From: Camelus dromedarius
Lineage: Eukaryota
Reading direction: 5' to 3'
Assembly: GCF_036321535.1 (NCBI RefSeq)
Contig: NC_087436.1
Coordinates: forward strand, 85,624,001-85,688,000
DNA length: 64,000 nt
Shown here: positions 10,647 to 22,100 of the stretch, piece by piece
Layout: every line of letters begins with the position of its first letter
How positions within the stretch are numbered: position 1 is the first letter of the stretch
The notes under the pieces: model-generated
Database searches by the model: none
What the model was told of the DNA's origin: nothing
What the model saw: only the letters and a program-made list of their open reading frames with translations
Translations under genes and position numbers: made by a program

Positions 10647-12315
10647 TAAAACTGTATCTGGAGATAAGGTCTTTAAAGAGGTAATCAGGTTAAAATGAAG
10701 TCATCAGCATGGGCCCTAGTCCAATATAACCAGTATCTTTATAAGACGAGGGAATCTGGACACTAACAGGTACAGAACGAAGACCACAGTGCAGGGAGTA
10801 GATGGCCATCTGCAAACCGAACAGAGAGGCCTCAGAAGAAATCAGCTCTGCCAACAGCTTGATCTTTGACAGCCTCCAGAACTACGAGAAAACAGATTTC
10901 TGCTCTGTAAGCTGCCCAGTTTGTGGTACTTTGTTACAGCAGCCCTTGCAAACCAATACAAGTACCATTATTTTATGTACCACCAAGGAAATAGCAAATT
11001 AGATTATAACCCAGGCTTTGAATTTTTATTTTAAGCATATTAAACAAATCCTCATGTATACACAGACTTTTCATCAAATACAACTCTTGTGCATACATGA
11101 AAAGGAAATCAGAAGTGAAATACATGTGGTAAGGTATTCGAGAAACTTCTTCACACACAGGGTATAACTTTTTAAAATACTTTTATACTCGGGGTCATTA
11201 AAATCTATGATTTTTCACACAAAATTATCTTCCACGAGTGCTGATGACACAGCATTTCTTAAGTGAAGGCTCCACTACTGTCTCCAAGATGTTCTTCAAG
11301 CCACAGGCATGTCTCCTGTGCATTTTGACGCTGACACAGTTTTGATCCCGCTGAGCTGTTTCATCTCTGTGTACACAATTTTGTGTCAAGGATACATCAT
11401 GGTATAAAGTATGTTCACTCCATACTTAGTGACAAAGTGAATGGAAAGAAGGGGGGATATGAACTGGGAGAACGGCTAAGCCTGTGGGGAGCCTTGAAAC
11501 AGGAGTGTGGAAGGAACCCCACCCCCCCAAATAGAAACAGCCTGCCTCACAATTTTACCACTGTCTGTCTTGACATTCATCCGTATTCTGATTGGGACAC
11601 AGTCAAGGGACAGAATTACATTCTGTGTATCCCTGAACCATGCGAGGTATTCAGGGCTGAAATGATCTGAGTTATCCCAACTGAACCTAAAGAGAATGTC
11701 ACAGGGAGGAGGGCCGGGGGACATTTGGTCCATGTCTTGTGTGCACAGAGAGCCTCAAACTAAGAATTGGGTTTTTTTTCTCATTTTTAAAATATTCTAG
11801 TTGCCCCCAAATATAGAAATGATCTTTGTCTTGCTTGATTTCTAAAAGACCCTGATCCCAAACATGAACTTACAATTTTGTCCATCTTTACAACAGATAT
11901 TTATTGTGTAGCTATGGTGATTTGCAGTACTAAGCAGAGTAGTCATGCTTTAAATACCCAGGGGACTAATGCATGGCTGTTTGTCTCAGAAAGCCCACTG
12001 TCAACCAGGGGAAAGGGACCCGTAAACTTGCAATTGCCCTGGTGTAATGAGTGTTTTGCTTGAGGTGTGTCTAGTAGGAAAAGATAAAATCTGTTTTAAG
12101 AGTTGGGACCAAGTCAGAGAAAGTTCCGTAGACAAGGAGAGGAGGTTTCAACTTGTGGCTTGAAGGAAGAAGAGGTGATGTGGTGTCCAGATATGGGTGT
12201 GGAATTCCTTAAAAGAAGCAGTAAAAACAGGCAAGTACAAACGTAAGACTAGGCTATGGGGTGCATGTGGTGGAGAGACAGAAGGTGGAAAGGTACTTGG
12301 AGGACCTTGCTGTAC

Positions 12316-12453
12316 CAGTGGTTTTTAGTACAGGCTGCACATTAAAATCACTGGGACACATTTTTAAAAATATATGCCCAGCACAGATCAATTAAATCAA
12401 GCAGAATTTCTAGAGCTGGGATTCTAATGTCCTGCCAGAGTTAAGAATCACTG
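12316..12453. mobile_element. MER5A-like hAT-Charlie MITE
   Basis: Terminal inverted repeats cagtggtttt...agaatcactg; internal 'ggctgcacattaaaatcactggg' and 'gattctaatgt'. Confidence 0.75.
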
Positions 12454-14047
12454 CTCTTTATTTTCCTAACGTGGATGGATTTTACCTTGAAGCCAGGTGT
12501 TCTGAGGTTCTGGTCTACCCTTTTCATCCCTGAGAAAAGGGACCTACTCCCAGCATTATGGCAACGTTTTTCAGGGACTCATACCACTGTGGAAGCATCT
12601 CAATTTTGGAGATAGTAGTCCTGATCAATTAATTTAAGAAAAGCCTCCATCCATCAAGATGATTTTAATTTGATGGAGCTTATGTGGTAGAAGACATCTA
12701 GTAAATACTGGACTGTCACATTACCTAGCCCTTAGGTGATAGAGGTTGGTAATATCCAAACCGCCAACTAAGGTTTTTGCTTTTCAACTAAATAATGGGC
12801 ACCACTTGGAGGCAGAGGCTTTGAGCAGCATGGTGAAGAGCGTAATTATTGCTCTGCCATGACCTTGGCAGTCACCAGGCCAACTTTGGTTTTGCCTCAA
12901 TCCATTGCCACCTCTTGGGATTGTAAATATTGACACTCACCCTTAGAGAAATCAATATCTGCATATTAGCCTCCAATTTCACATATCGATGTGCAGATCT
13001 GAGGGCCTCTGGTGAATGGGAGATGACTTCAGCATTTGAGAATGCTGCCTCAGAGCTGAAAGTCCTGTGGATTTGCATTTCCCCCCGTGATTCCTGACTT
13101 CATAACCTCTATTTGTATTATCTCTCTGCAGCGTCTTTGCAGGCAGAATTTTGGTAGAACCATTTTTAGGAGCCAGCAGACAAGAAAGGAGGGTCTCCTT
13201 TCTCAGAGCTCAAAATTAACTTCTTGAAATTCGATAGAGTAAATTCTCTGAAATAACTCCTAAAATGAAAACAAATTAACATTTCTATTGAAAAAGTGTT
13301 TTGAATGGTGCACCCATTTATCTTCGAGAGTTTCCCCATCCTCAGGCTCAAGTCAGGGGCCAAGTCAATCAGATTGAAACTGAATGATTCCAATATTATG
13401 ATCACAGGTATATTTGAAATACACAATCAGCATGGCTGGTTTATTTTCCTACAGAAGTGAATGATGTTCTGATGAGAAGTGTGTCTATACAATTCCTAAA
13501 ACAAGCAGGCCTTTCAGCTGACTCTGTCAGGTACTGTGTAGACTGGTCTCCTAAAAGTGATGGATGGGAGTGACCTGATTGCTTTGCCCAAATGGGCACA
13601 GGTGCTGACAAAGATCTGCCCTCTGTTGCATAAACTTGAGTAAGGCACAGTGCGAGGTGATAAACCACCTTGGCTCCGGCTCACTCCCCTGTGAGATGGA
13701 TGAGAAAAGCAGGAAGAGCCGAAGGCTGTAACAAAAATAACTGAAGAGCGCACAGCCTTCACTCCAGGAGGTCCTGGATTGCTGTTCCCTTAGGCAAAGT
13801 TGGCAGAGGTGTGGTAATGGCGAAAAGGAGAAACGCTTCGCTAACAGCCCTCTCGGCTCGAAATCCTGCAGGAAGATCAGCACTGTTCCACAGGAAGCCG
13901 GAGTGTGCCGGCTGTGTGACAGTGTGACAGGACACAGGGCTGGAGGCTAAGATGGCTCTGCTGGGGATGGTTTGCCAGAGCTGCAACTGGGCTCTGACTC
14001 ACCCGGCTGCTCTGCTCTGATACAGTCAGAATTCGCCCACTCTCTTC

Positions 14048-14319
14048 TTTTTCATTGAAGTATAGTTGATTTACAAGCTTGTGTTAGTTTCAGGTGTACA
14101 GCATAGTGATTCAGAATTTTTGCAGTTTATACTCCATCACAGGTTATTACAAGATAAAGCTGTAGTTCCCTGTGCTATGCAGTATATCCTGTGGCTCCTC
14201 TATTTTATAATGTATTAGTAGGTATCTGTTCATCCCATCCCCCTCATTTGTCCCTCCCACCTTTTCTCTCCTCTTTGGTGACCACAAGTTTGTTTCCTAT
14301 CTCTTCAAGTCTGTTTCTG
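14048..14319 (-). mobile_element. 5'-truncated L1 3' end
   Basis: 'ttgaagtatagttgatttacaag...gtttcaggtgtacagcatagtgattca...ccctgtgctatgcagta'; diverged flanking repeat gaattcgcccactct / gaattctcctgctct. Confidence 0.9.
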
Positions 14320-14689
14320 AATTCTCCTGCTCTTTAAACTCAGCCCACCTTATTTTCCACCTCCTCACCCACAGAGAAGTTAGAATTTTTGATTTCTGAA
14401 ATTTTTAAAATAAAACTATCTGTTCATTTTTTTTAAGTATAGAAATGATTAAGCCCTCATTAAAGAAACTTTGGAAAATAAAAAGCCATATAAAGGAAAA
14501 AAGTGCCCATAGTCACCAGGCAAAGGCAACCACTGTTCATACTTTGATCTGTTTACTGTCAGTTGTGTGTGTGTGTGTTTGTGTGTATTCCAACTTTAAA
14601 AGGACAAATGAAACAGTGTCCACACCCAAGCTGAAGCCGTGGTGGGTGACACTCAACTCCACATAGAGCAGTTAAAACGGAGGACCGGC

Positions 14690-14760
14690 AGGGGCCTGGC
14701 CTGGACCACGTGACGCAGCTGAGGCGGTCCGTTACGGATGTAATTTACAGTTTGGCTACG
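14690..14760. promoter_or_regulatory. CpG-retaining motif cluster (E-box CACGTG overlapping half-CRE TGACG, plus CAGCTG)
   Basis: 'gaccacgtgacgcagctgaggcggtccgttacgg' with several CpGs in unique sequence. Confidence 0.35.
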
Positions 14761-15757
14761 CCAGGCAGCCTGGTGATAAGCACAGCTTGTTTATTTGTCT
14801 TTGATGGATGCCAGGTGGATTGTGGTCAGACAATCTTCCTTCGGCAGCCTTGGCACTTTGAGTCCACCAAGCCAGCGTGAGGCCCTCCCCTGGGCAAAAC
14901 ACCGGCCACACAATGGGCGCCCACAACACAAGGACGGTCACAGTGGTGGCAGCACCAGCAACAGGACAAAGCAGCACTTAGGCAGAGAGAAAAGAGGAAG
15001 AAGGCTGGGGGGCAGGGGGCCAGGAGATGCCGCCAACGAGGTGGTGGGGCAGGCCACACGCTTTTCTGTCCTATGACAGATTTGCTCCAAGAAATGCATC
15101 TTCAGTGCACCTTTTTGTTATATGACCTGAATTGCTTCTAGGAATGAGCCCAGGCAGTTTGCTGAGTTTAGACATTTTCCCCTCTCTGAGAGCTGTCAAC
15201 TTGCGAGGCAGTATCCTCTTGCAGGGGGGTTTGGTGCCGGCTGCAAAATGAGAAGCAAGAAATAACCACAAATAAGAGAACACTGGTGGCCAGAACATTT
15301 CTCGATCCTGACCTGGGTTGTGGGAGGCCATGTGTGCTGCGGCCTCCTTCCAGCTGGAGCTGCGAAGAGGCTTCCAGGATGATGGCATCCGGAGGCCTCG
15401 AGAGCAGGGCCTGCAGCAGGGCCAAGGCCGCGAGGTGTCACGGGGCATCTGCTGGGAGGTGTGCACAGTGAGGCCAGGGAAACAGGCTGTGCTACCCAGA
15501 GTTTTCCCAGGGCTGGACGGGGCTACCTGTTGGAGGAAGGGGCTGGACAACCCAGGCTTGGTCATTTTTCTCCTCAGTTTTGGCTGCTGTGGGCTGGAAT
15601 GTGACATAGGGTCATCATGTTAAAGGCAGAAGATTTTCTTCTCTTAATAAACAAGTCTCCACGCCAGACCAGGGGAAATGGTGCCATGTGGTTGGCGATG
15701 ATTCCTGTAAAGGATGATCTGTGTGCTGAGAAGCCAGAAGGAGGAACAGGGACTCAC

Positions 15758-15984
15758 TGTTCTAGGAAACTAGGTTCCTGTGATGGTGGAACACAGTTCG
15801 TAAAGTTCCCCCTGGGGCAAACATCAGGCCTGAACAGCAGGTTAGTTCAGACGCAGGGTGAGAGAGACCCAGGCTCAGTCAAGCAGCCTCCGGCGGGGGA
15901 TCCCAACTTCCTTGAGTATGTGAATTTTCTTTTCAATCTCCAGAATCCTTCAGACACCTGCAGGAGAGTGTGAGGAGCTGTCGA
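15758..15984 (-). other. Candidate non-coding exon (227 nt)
   Basis: Minus-strand acceptor-like 'ctcttcattttctcag|' at 15985 and donor 'ACA|GTGAGT' at 15757; no long ORF; no transcript evidence. Confidence 0.25.
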
Positions 15985-15994
15985 CTGAGAAAAT
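15971..15994. repeat. Dispersed duplicate, copy B (24-bp exact match to 3036-3059)
   Basis: TGAGGAGCTGTCGACTGAGAAAAT. Confidence 0.9.
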
Positions 15995-16474
15995 GAAGAG
16001 TGACCCCAGAATTACTGAACACGTTTAAAGGCACATGGCTTGGCATTCAAGCTACTGGGTGGCCCGTATTTGAAACCAGAGTTGTAAAGGACCTCTCACA
16101 GTCATGTCTACAACCAGACAGCCGCTCAGCTTACGCTGCTCATGTCCATTCACCCCAGACTCTGGGGGATTGAAATGGCAACCCACGGCCTTTCTGCACT
16201 CCCTCAGGACTGCGAGATCCCTGACCTGGCCGCACACGATGTCAGCAGTGCAATGATCTGAGCCCTGGTGGCCGCTATCCCAGAGTTAAGTCAATATTTA
16301 AAAAGAAAGTCCTACCCAGTGTCCTGGAATATATTCCTGAAAGAACTTCTGGACTGCACCACGGAAGTGAGGGGAGCCTCTCCTGCTGGAAAATGAGGTT
16401 TCCAAGGACTTCCTGAAGCCGTAGGAAAAACCTTTCAGTGTGTCCTGGCTTTAGACCCCTGCCACTGCTCTTCA

Positions 16475-16478
<4 letters not shown>

Positions 16479-16520
<42 letters not shown>

Positions 16521-16526
16521 CACACT

Positions 16527-16562
<36 letters not shown>

Positions 16563-16583
16563 GCGCGCGCTCACACTCACACA
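16479..16583 (+). repeat. Compound (CA)n microsatellite with embedded (CG)4
   Basis: Two long CA runs and 'cgcgcgcgc' at 16562-16570. Confidence 0.97.
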
Positions 16584-17269
16584 ATGGCCTACAGTCCCGT
16601 GTGTGATCTGTCACAAAAGGCGTGAACTGTTGGGGAATCCCTTCCATGTTCAATCACCACCTGCTGGTACCCGGCGCCCCACAGGTGGACGCTTGGAGAT
16701 GAACTGCTTTGGTTAAATCAGCGTGGCCTTCTCACTGAATCTGAGACAACCTGCAAAGTCAACTCTGTCTTTCATGTGAACCTGAAAACAGCAGCTGAAG
16801 TTTTAACATTTCACCTTATCTGCCTCCATCACGGCCAGCAGTGGGTGTGAGAAGGTCTCCATCGTTTACAGAGAAGATGCCAGATCACGGCCTGGGGAAC
16901 ACAGTTCTCTCAGCCCACCTTCTTTATTGCTTTCTTGGGGCAGTGCTGAATGTGACACAAAAATGATTCATGGTTTTCTCAAGACAGGTGAAATGTGAGC
17001 GCTCACAAGCTGGTGCTAACTCTACGTTTGCTAGTCACTAAATAACACACTTTTTTCCCCAATGTGCTCTATTCTTTCTGAATCAGCCTGTGGATACAGA
17101 CTCAGAGCTACAAGTGTTCAGTAATGCTTTTGAATTCATTTGCATTTTCTCATCACCAAAGCATCTAAACACACCATGAAATAGTTAGACACATATATGT
17201 GTCAGACCACTCACTTTATGAGGGAGTATGCCTTTTCACGCTTACCTTTGATTTTCAGATAAATCCTAT

Positions 17270-17420
17270 AAGAATTGGGACCAGAATCCCCATTTTACAG
17301 ATAAGGAAACTGAGGCTCTGAGGGGCAAAGTCACTTGATCAAAGTTTTGTAACAAGCACGCTATGGAACTCGGATTCCATTCAGGCCCAGCTAAATCCAC
17401 AGCCAGTGCTAAACCATGTT
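17270..17420 (-). mobile_element. MIR SINE
   Basis: 'ccccattttacagataaggaaactgaggctctgagg'. Confidence 0.85.
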
Positions 17421-17714
17421 GCTTTCTCAAATAAGGAAAAACTTCTATTTTCTTACAATAATATTATGCTGTTATTCTCTTTTCTTGGTATATAGAATCC
17501 TTAAATCTTGAATTTTGTTTGTTGTATTAGGTGGAAGTGTGTGAAATTGCTGATACTTGACCACTTCTGGCCTATGGTTCAATCATACAGTGTTCTTTGC
17601 AGGAAAGAAGGAAGGAGAAAATGAAATGCAGAAAAACAGAGAGCAGGAGGAAGACCAGAGGGCAGAGAGGAAAGAAGTAAATAAGGGAAGGAAGAAAGCA
17701 CATGTGACATGGAT

Positions 17715-17889
17715 GAGAAGCAAGGACCTACCAGAGAGCACAGGGAACTATATTCAATTTCTTGTAATGAGCTGTAATGGAAAAGAAACAGAAGAAAAAT
17801 ATGTATGTATGTATGTACATGTATAACTGAATTGCTTTGCTGTACACCTGAAACTAACATTGTAAATCGACTACACTTCAATAAAAAAT
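17715..17889 (+). mobile_element. Short L1 3'-end fragment
   Basis: 'aaggacctacc...agcacagggaactatattcaatttcttgtaat...acacctgaaactaacattgtaaatcgactacacttcaataaaaa'. Confidence 0.9.
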
Positions 17890-18174
17890 ATGAATAAAAT
17901 GAAGAAGAAATTATTAGGTAAGACTGGAGAAGCTCTGTCATTCTTTCTTAAATCCTGTTGCCTCCAGCCTCTCCCCTCACAAGCTTGGCTTTTATTGTCT
18001 AGTGCCTTTGATCAGGACTTTCAGTCACCAGACTCCTTAAGTAATCAACAGAGACCAACTGTATCATATTGTCTTTCATTCTTTATTTTTTTAAAAAACA
18101 AGGATTGCGCAGATTTCTAGCCATCACCCCGAGGGGGTGAGAAGGCAGAAAAGATCAGCCGAACAAAGCCTTGC

Positions 18175-18194
18175 ATTTATAGGCGCCTATAAAT
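18175..18194. repeat. Perfect 20-bp palindrome
   Basis: ATTTATAGGC|GCCTATAAAT. Confidence 0.95.
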
Positions 18195-19059
18195 ACAACC
18201 TTCCCTTCCCAGCGGGGAAAACACTGGACCAAAACAAAATGCCCTCAATATATGAATTTATAAAAATGTAAAGTTAGCACACATTGAGGTTTCAGATGAG
18301 AAGCATGACCTCGATGATGAAAGAAGAAAGATGAGAAAATGAAAAAATGAAAGAAATCTTTTTTAGTAAATAATTAGCTTGGAGATGCTATGAAGAGTTT
18401 CTAAATGAGTCCATTTATAGGCAGAAATAAAAATATTTGAACAATTTGATTAACGCATATGAATAACAAATGACAAAACCAGGGAGCAGTTGAAGTCCTG
18501 GAATTGAAGTCTTTAAAGGACAAATGTTCTCACCCCCTAATGCTGTCTTTGGAATCTAAATATGTTCAGTCAGAGCTGGTAGGAGAGAAATGTTCTCTAA
18601 AACGATTATTATGATATTGCTATTACCCAACGCCTTCAGCACGGAGAATCATATTTGGCTCCAGTCCAATGTGATGGGAAAGAAAGAGCATGTTCTTTTC
18701 TTACAAATGTTAGCGATGAAACTGGATCAGAATGACAAATCCAGGAGCCAGAGCCCCTGTTTTCTTTAGCAACGTCCTCCCAGATGGCACTCCCTCGGAC
18801 AGCGTTGCATCTTTGGCTCTCTTCGGCTGCCCACAGAGGCGGACAATGGTGAGACCCGCCCCAGGGCACAATACTGGTTACTTCTGTGCCAAGACCCATT
18901 ATTAAAAGCGCCTTTGTAAGGAGGGAGTTGCCAGAAGACATCTTCCCGTTGCACATGGTTGTTTTCTTGATCTTTGGAATTCTCCAAAGGAAATGGCCTG
19001 AAAAGATCTGGGGTATGACATTATCGTTACTACCTCTGTTAATTACTATTATTCAAGGC

Positions 19060-19485
19060 TCTATTACTTTGCTCGGGATGCCATAACAAAGTGCTACAAA
19101 CCGGGTACCACAAACAAAGTCACAGACTAGGTGGCTCAAATAACAGAAAGTTATTTACTCAAAGTTCTGGAGACTGAAAATTCAAGATCAAGGTGGCAGC
19201 AGTGTTGATTCCTCTTGAGATCTCTCTCTTTGGTTGTAGATGGCTGTTTCTCCTTGTGTCCCCTCATGGGCTTTTCTCTGTGCCCACGCATCCCTGGTGT
19301 CTCTTTGGATCCAAATTTCCTCATCTTATAAGGATACTAGTAAATTGGATTCGGTCCTACCCTAATGACTTCGTTTAAACTTAATTGTCTCTTTAAAGAT
19401 CCTTTCTCCAAATACAGTCTCATCATAAAGCATTGGGAACACGACTTAACATGAATTCTGGAGAGGCATGACTCACCCCCTAACA
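19060..19485 (-). mobile_element. MLT1A/B solo LTR with 5-bp TSD
   Basis: 'gccataacaaag...agttctggagactgaaaattcaagatcaaggtggcagc...tctccaaatacagtc...ctaaca'; TSD AAGGC at 19055-19059 and 19486-19490. Confidence 0.9.
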
Positions 19486-20134
19486 AAGGCTTTTAAGGCT
19501 GTTTTTGAATTGGAATTGCAGTGTTTTGCTTTTAAGTGAACTTTGTAGTGTTTGAGACTACTCTAGCCGGGTCTATGCAGTTAAAGAACGTAAAGCTGGA
19601 CGTTTATATCAGCTTTCCTTTGCTCTTACGGGTCTTCCCTGTCTTCTTCCCTCATATTCTCAGTCTCTGCAATGTCTTTATGCTTTAATTATGTCTCTGG
19701 TAGCATCTAGCTGGAGTTTTAAAAACCTCTAATCTGAAGATCTGTGTCTTTTCAATGTAGAGTTGAGTCTACTTACTTTCTTAGGACTACTGACATATTT
19801 GGTCACATGGCTCAGTCTGTTGGTCATCTTAGACTGAGCTACGTTTTGGTAATATACAATTTAGAATCCCATCCTGTTTTCCCACATTCTTCGGCTTAAA
19901 TCATAAGCTCACCGGGCACCTAATTTGCCTCTTAAGTTAGCACAGGCAGCAGTGTTGGTCAATGTTTCGCCACTGCTTAATGCGCATTATCATCTTTTTA
20001 GCCTCTGCTAACATTTCCGAGCCACGTACTCCACATTCTGAAAGCCAGTGCCATAGACTGTAAATGTGAGGTTTTGTTTGTTTATTTGTTGTTGGTGTGT
20101 TAGGAGTACTTTGTTTTGAGGCATTTACTCACCT

Positions 20135-20565
20135 GAGATTAAGTTACGCTGCACTAATGCAGCTGCAACTCCAAAATCTAAGTGGCTTTCCCGTGGGTTT
20201 ATTTCTCATTCACATTACCTGTCCATTTCAGCTTTGCCTTTTTGTTCTTGGGCCCAGGCTGAAGGAGCAGTCCCTTCTTGGAGCATTGCTAAGGGCGTAG
20301 CCGAAGGAAGAGAGAGATGGTAGAACTTCATGGTGACTTTGAAAACCTCTGCTCAGAAAGTGACACAGTTTACTTCCACTGATAGTTTATTGTCTTAAAA
20401 AGGTCATGGCCAAGGCTGACATTATCAGAGTGTGGAAACAGAATCCTCTCAAAGGACGGACACTACAGATTACATGGCCAAACCTGGTGTCAATGGGGTG
20501 GGGAGGTAAAATCCTCCCACAAGGAGAGGCATCGTATATATGGGAGTAAAAACGCCATCCACCGC
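20135..20565 (-). mobile_element. Old MLT1-type LTR
   Basis: 'ccaaaatctaagtggctt...tttatttctcattcaca', 'ggcccaggctgaaggagcag', 'gtcatggccaag'. Confidence 0.65.
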
Positions 20566-20689
20566 ACCTCAGTCACTGCAGCCTCAAGGCTGAAAAAATG
20601 GGCATGTGGGCAGATAAAAAATGCATACGAAAGGGACAATGGATGTCAGGGACAGCTAGAAGTCTTCTTTCAGTAGCTACTTGGGGTAT

Positions 20690-21518
20690 TTTACCATACT
20701 TAATATCTTTACACTCCTCCCAGGCAGTGTAAGTCCTCAGAACACTTTAACCCTTATCACCTTCTCCACAATTTAAATGCTACCATGTTAAGTATTTTAG
20801 TTACACATTTTGTTTAATCACACATTTTACACATTAACGTAGTGTTTTATCCAGTCAATTACATTTAGATTTACCCAATATTTACTAATATCTGGAATTT
20901 TTTTCCTTACAGTGAATCTTTTAGGATTTTCTTGGGCAAAGATCTATTGGTGGTAAAACTCTCAATTTTTTTTGTTTGTCCAAATTTTGCCTTCATTATT
21001 GAAAGTTATTTTTGCTTTCTTTGAAAGTCTACAATGGTAGTACTTTTTCTTTCAGCACACTACATGTTTTATTCCTGTGTTTTGTCTTTTATTACTACTG
21101 TTGAGAAGCTAGCCAGGGGTCTGATTATCATTGCTTCAGAAGTGGTTTTTATTTTCTGGCTGCCTCTTCTTTTTGCCTTAGGCATTCTACTGTTTTACTA
21201 GAATATTCCTAGGTGTGCATTTCCTTTTATTTATTCTTCTTGGGACTTTTTGGGCTTCCTTGTTACGAGGTTTCGAGTCTTTCAACAAAACATTTCTCGA
21301 AAATTCTGTCATTTTTGCTTCAAATACGCCTCTTTCCGTTTTATCTTTTACCTCTTTCTAGAACTCTGGACCCTCTTCTTCTATCTCTGTGTATTTTAAC
21401 TTGTCTTGCATATCTCATCTTTCTGCAACATCCTGGATAATTTAATGAGATCTATTTTCCATTTCACTAACTTACTGCTCAGCTGTGCCAAATCTTCTGT
21501 TTAACATATCCAGTGAAT
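20690..21518 (-). mobile_element. Old L1M fragment
   Basis: T-rich antisense L1 motifs 'ggtggtaaaactctca', 'ttgccttcattattgaaag', 'ctgttgagaagctagc', 'tctgtttaacatatccagtga'. Confidence 0.65.
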
Positions 21519-21519
21519 A

Positions 21520-21968
21520 TTTTTATTGAGGTAAAGTTCAATCAAGATAAAATTAACCATCTTAAAGTGTACAATTCAGTGGCTTTTAGTACATTCACAG
21601 TGTTATACAACCACCAGTTCTATCTTGTTTCATCCAAACATTTTCATCAACCCCGAAAGAAAACCCTGTACCCATGAAGAAGTGGATCCCATGACTCCTT
21701 CTCTTAGCCCCTGGGAACCACCAATCTGCCTTCTGTCTCTATGGATTTACCTCTCCCAGGCATTCCATATAAATAGAATGAGATAATATGTGAGCTTTTG
21801 TGGCTGGCTTCTTTCACTTAGCATGTTTTCAAGGTTCATCCATGTTGTAGCATGTATCAGTATGTCATTCCTTTTTATGGCTGAGTAATATTCCACTGTA
21901 TGTATATACCACAATTTGTTTATCCATTCATCCATTGGGGGCACTTGGATTATTTCCAGATTTTGGCT
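21520..21968 (-). mobile_element. L1MB-type 3' end
   Basis: 'tttttattgaggtaaa...aagtgtacaattcagtggcttttagtacattcacag...ttcaaggttcatccatgttgtagcatgtatcag'. Confidence 0.9.
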
Positions 21969-21969
21969 G

Positions 21970-22100
21970 CTTTTAACCCCATTTTTCAGGTGGAGAAACA
22001 GAGAGGTTAAGTAACTTGCCAAAAGACACATATCAGATAAAGTGATGGAATTGGATTCAGTTCTCAGTAGTCTAGCTCCAGAGTCTATCTTCTCAAAAAG
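21970..22100 (-). mobile_element. MIR SINE
   Basis: 'ccccatttttcaggtggagaaacagagaggttaagtaacttgccaa...ctccagagtc'. Confidence 0.75.

Larger units (their letters stand above)
9753..10960 (+). mobile_element. MLT1A/B LTR interrupted by an L1 insertion (LTR parts 9753-9831 and 10644-10960)
   Basis: LTR start 'tgttatg...ttgaagtcttaacactcagtatctcaaaat' resumes as 'gtatctggagataaggtctttaaagaggtaatcaggttaaaatga...cagcccttgcaaaccaataca'. Confidence 0.85.

Noticed and set aside
15071..15973. 178-aa, 101-aa and 118-aa ORFs in the GC-rich block
   Set aside because: High GC lowers stop frequency; low-complexity Pro/Ser/Gly/Arg products with no known homology
16275..16716. ORFs with VCVCVC / HTHTHT runs (also 59419-59637)
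   Set aside because: Translations of (CA)n microsatellites
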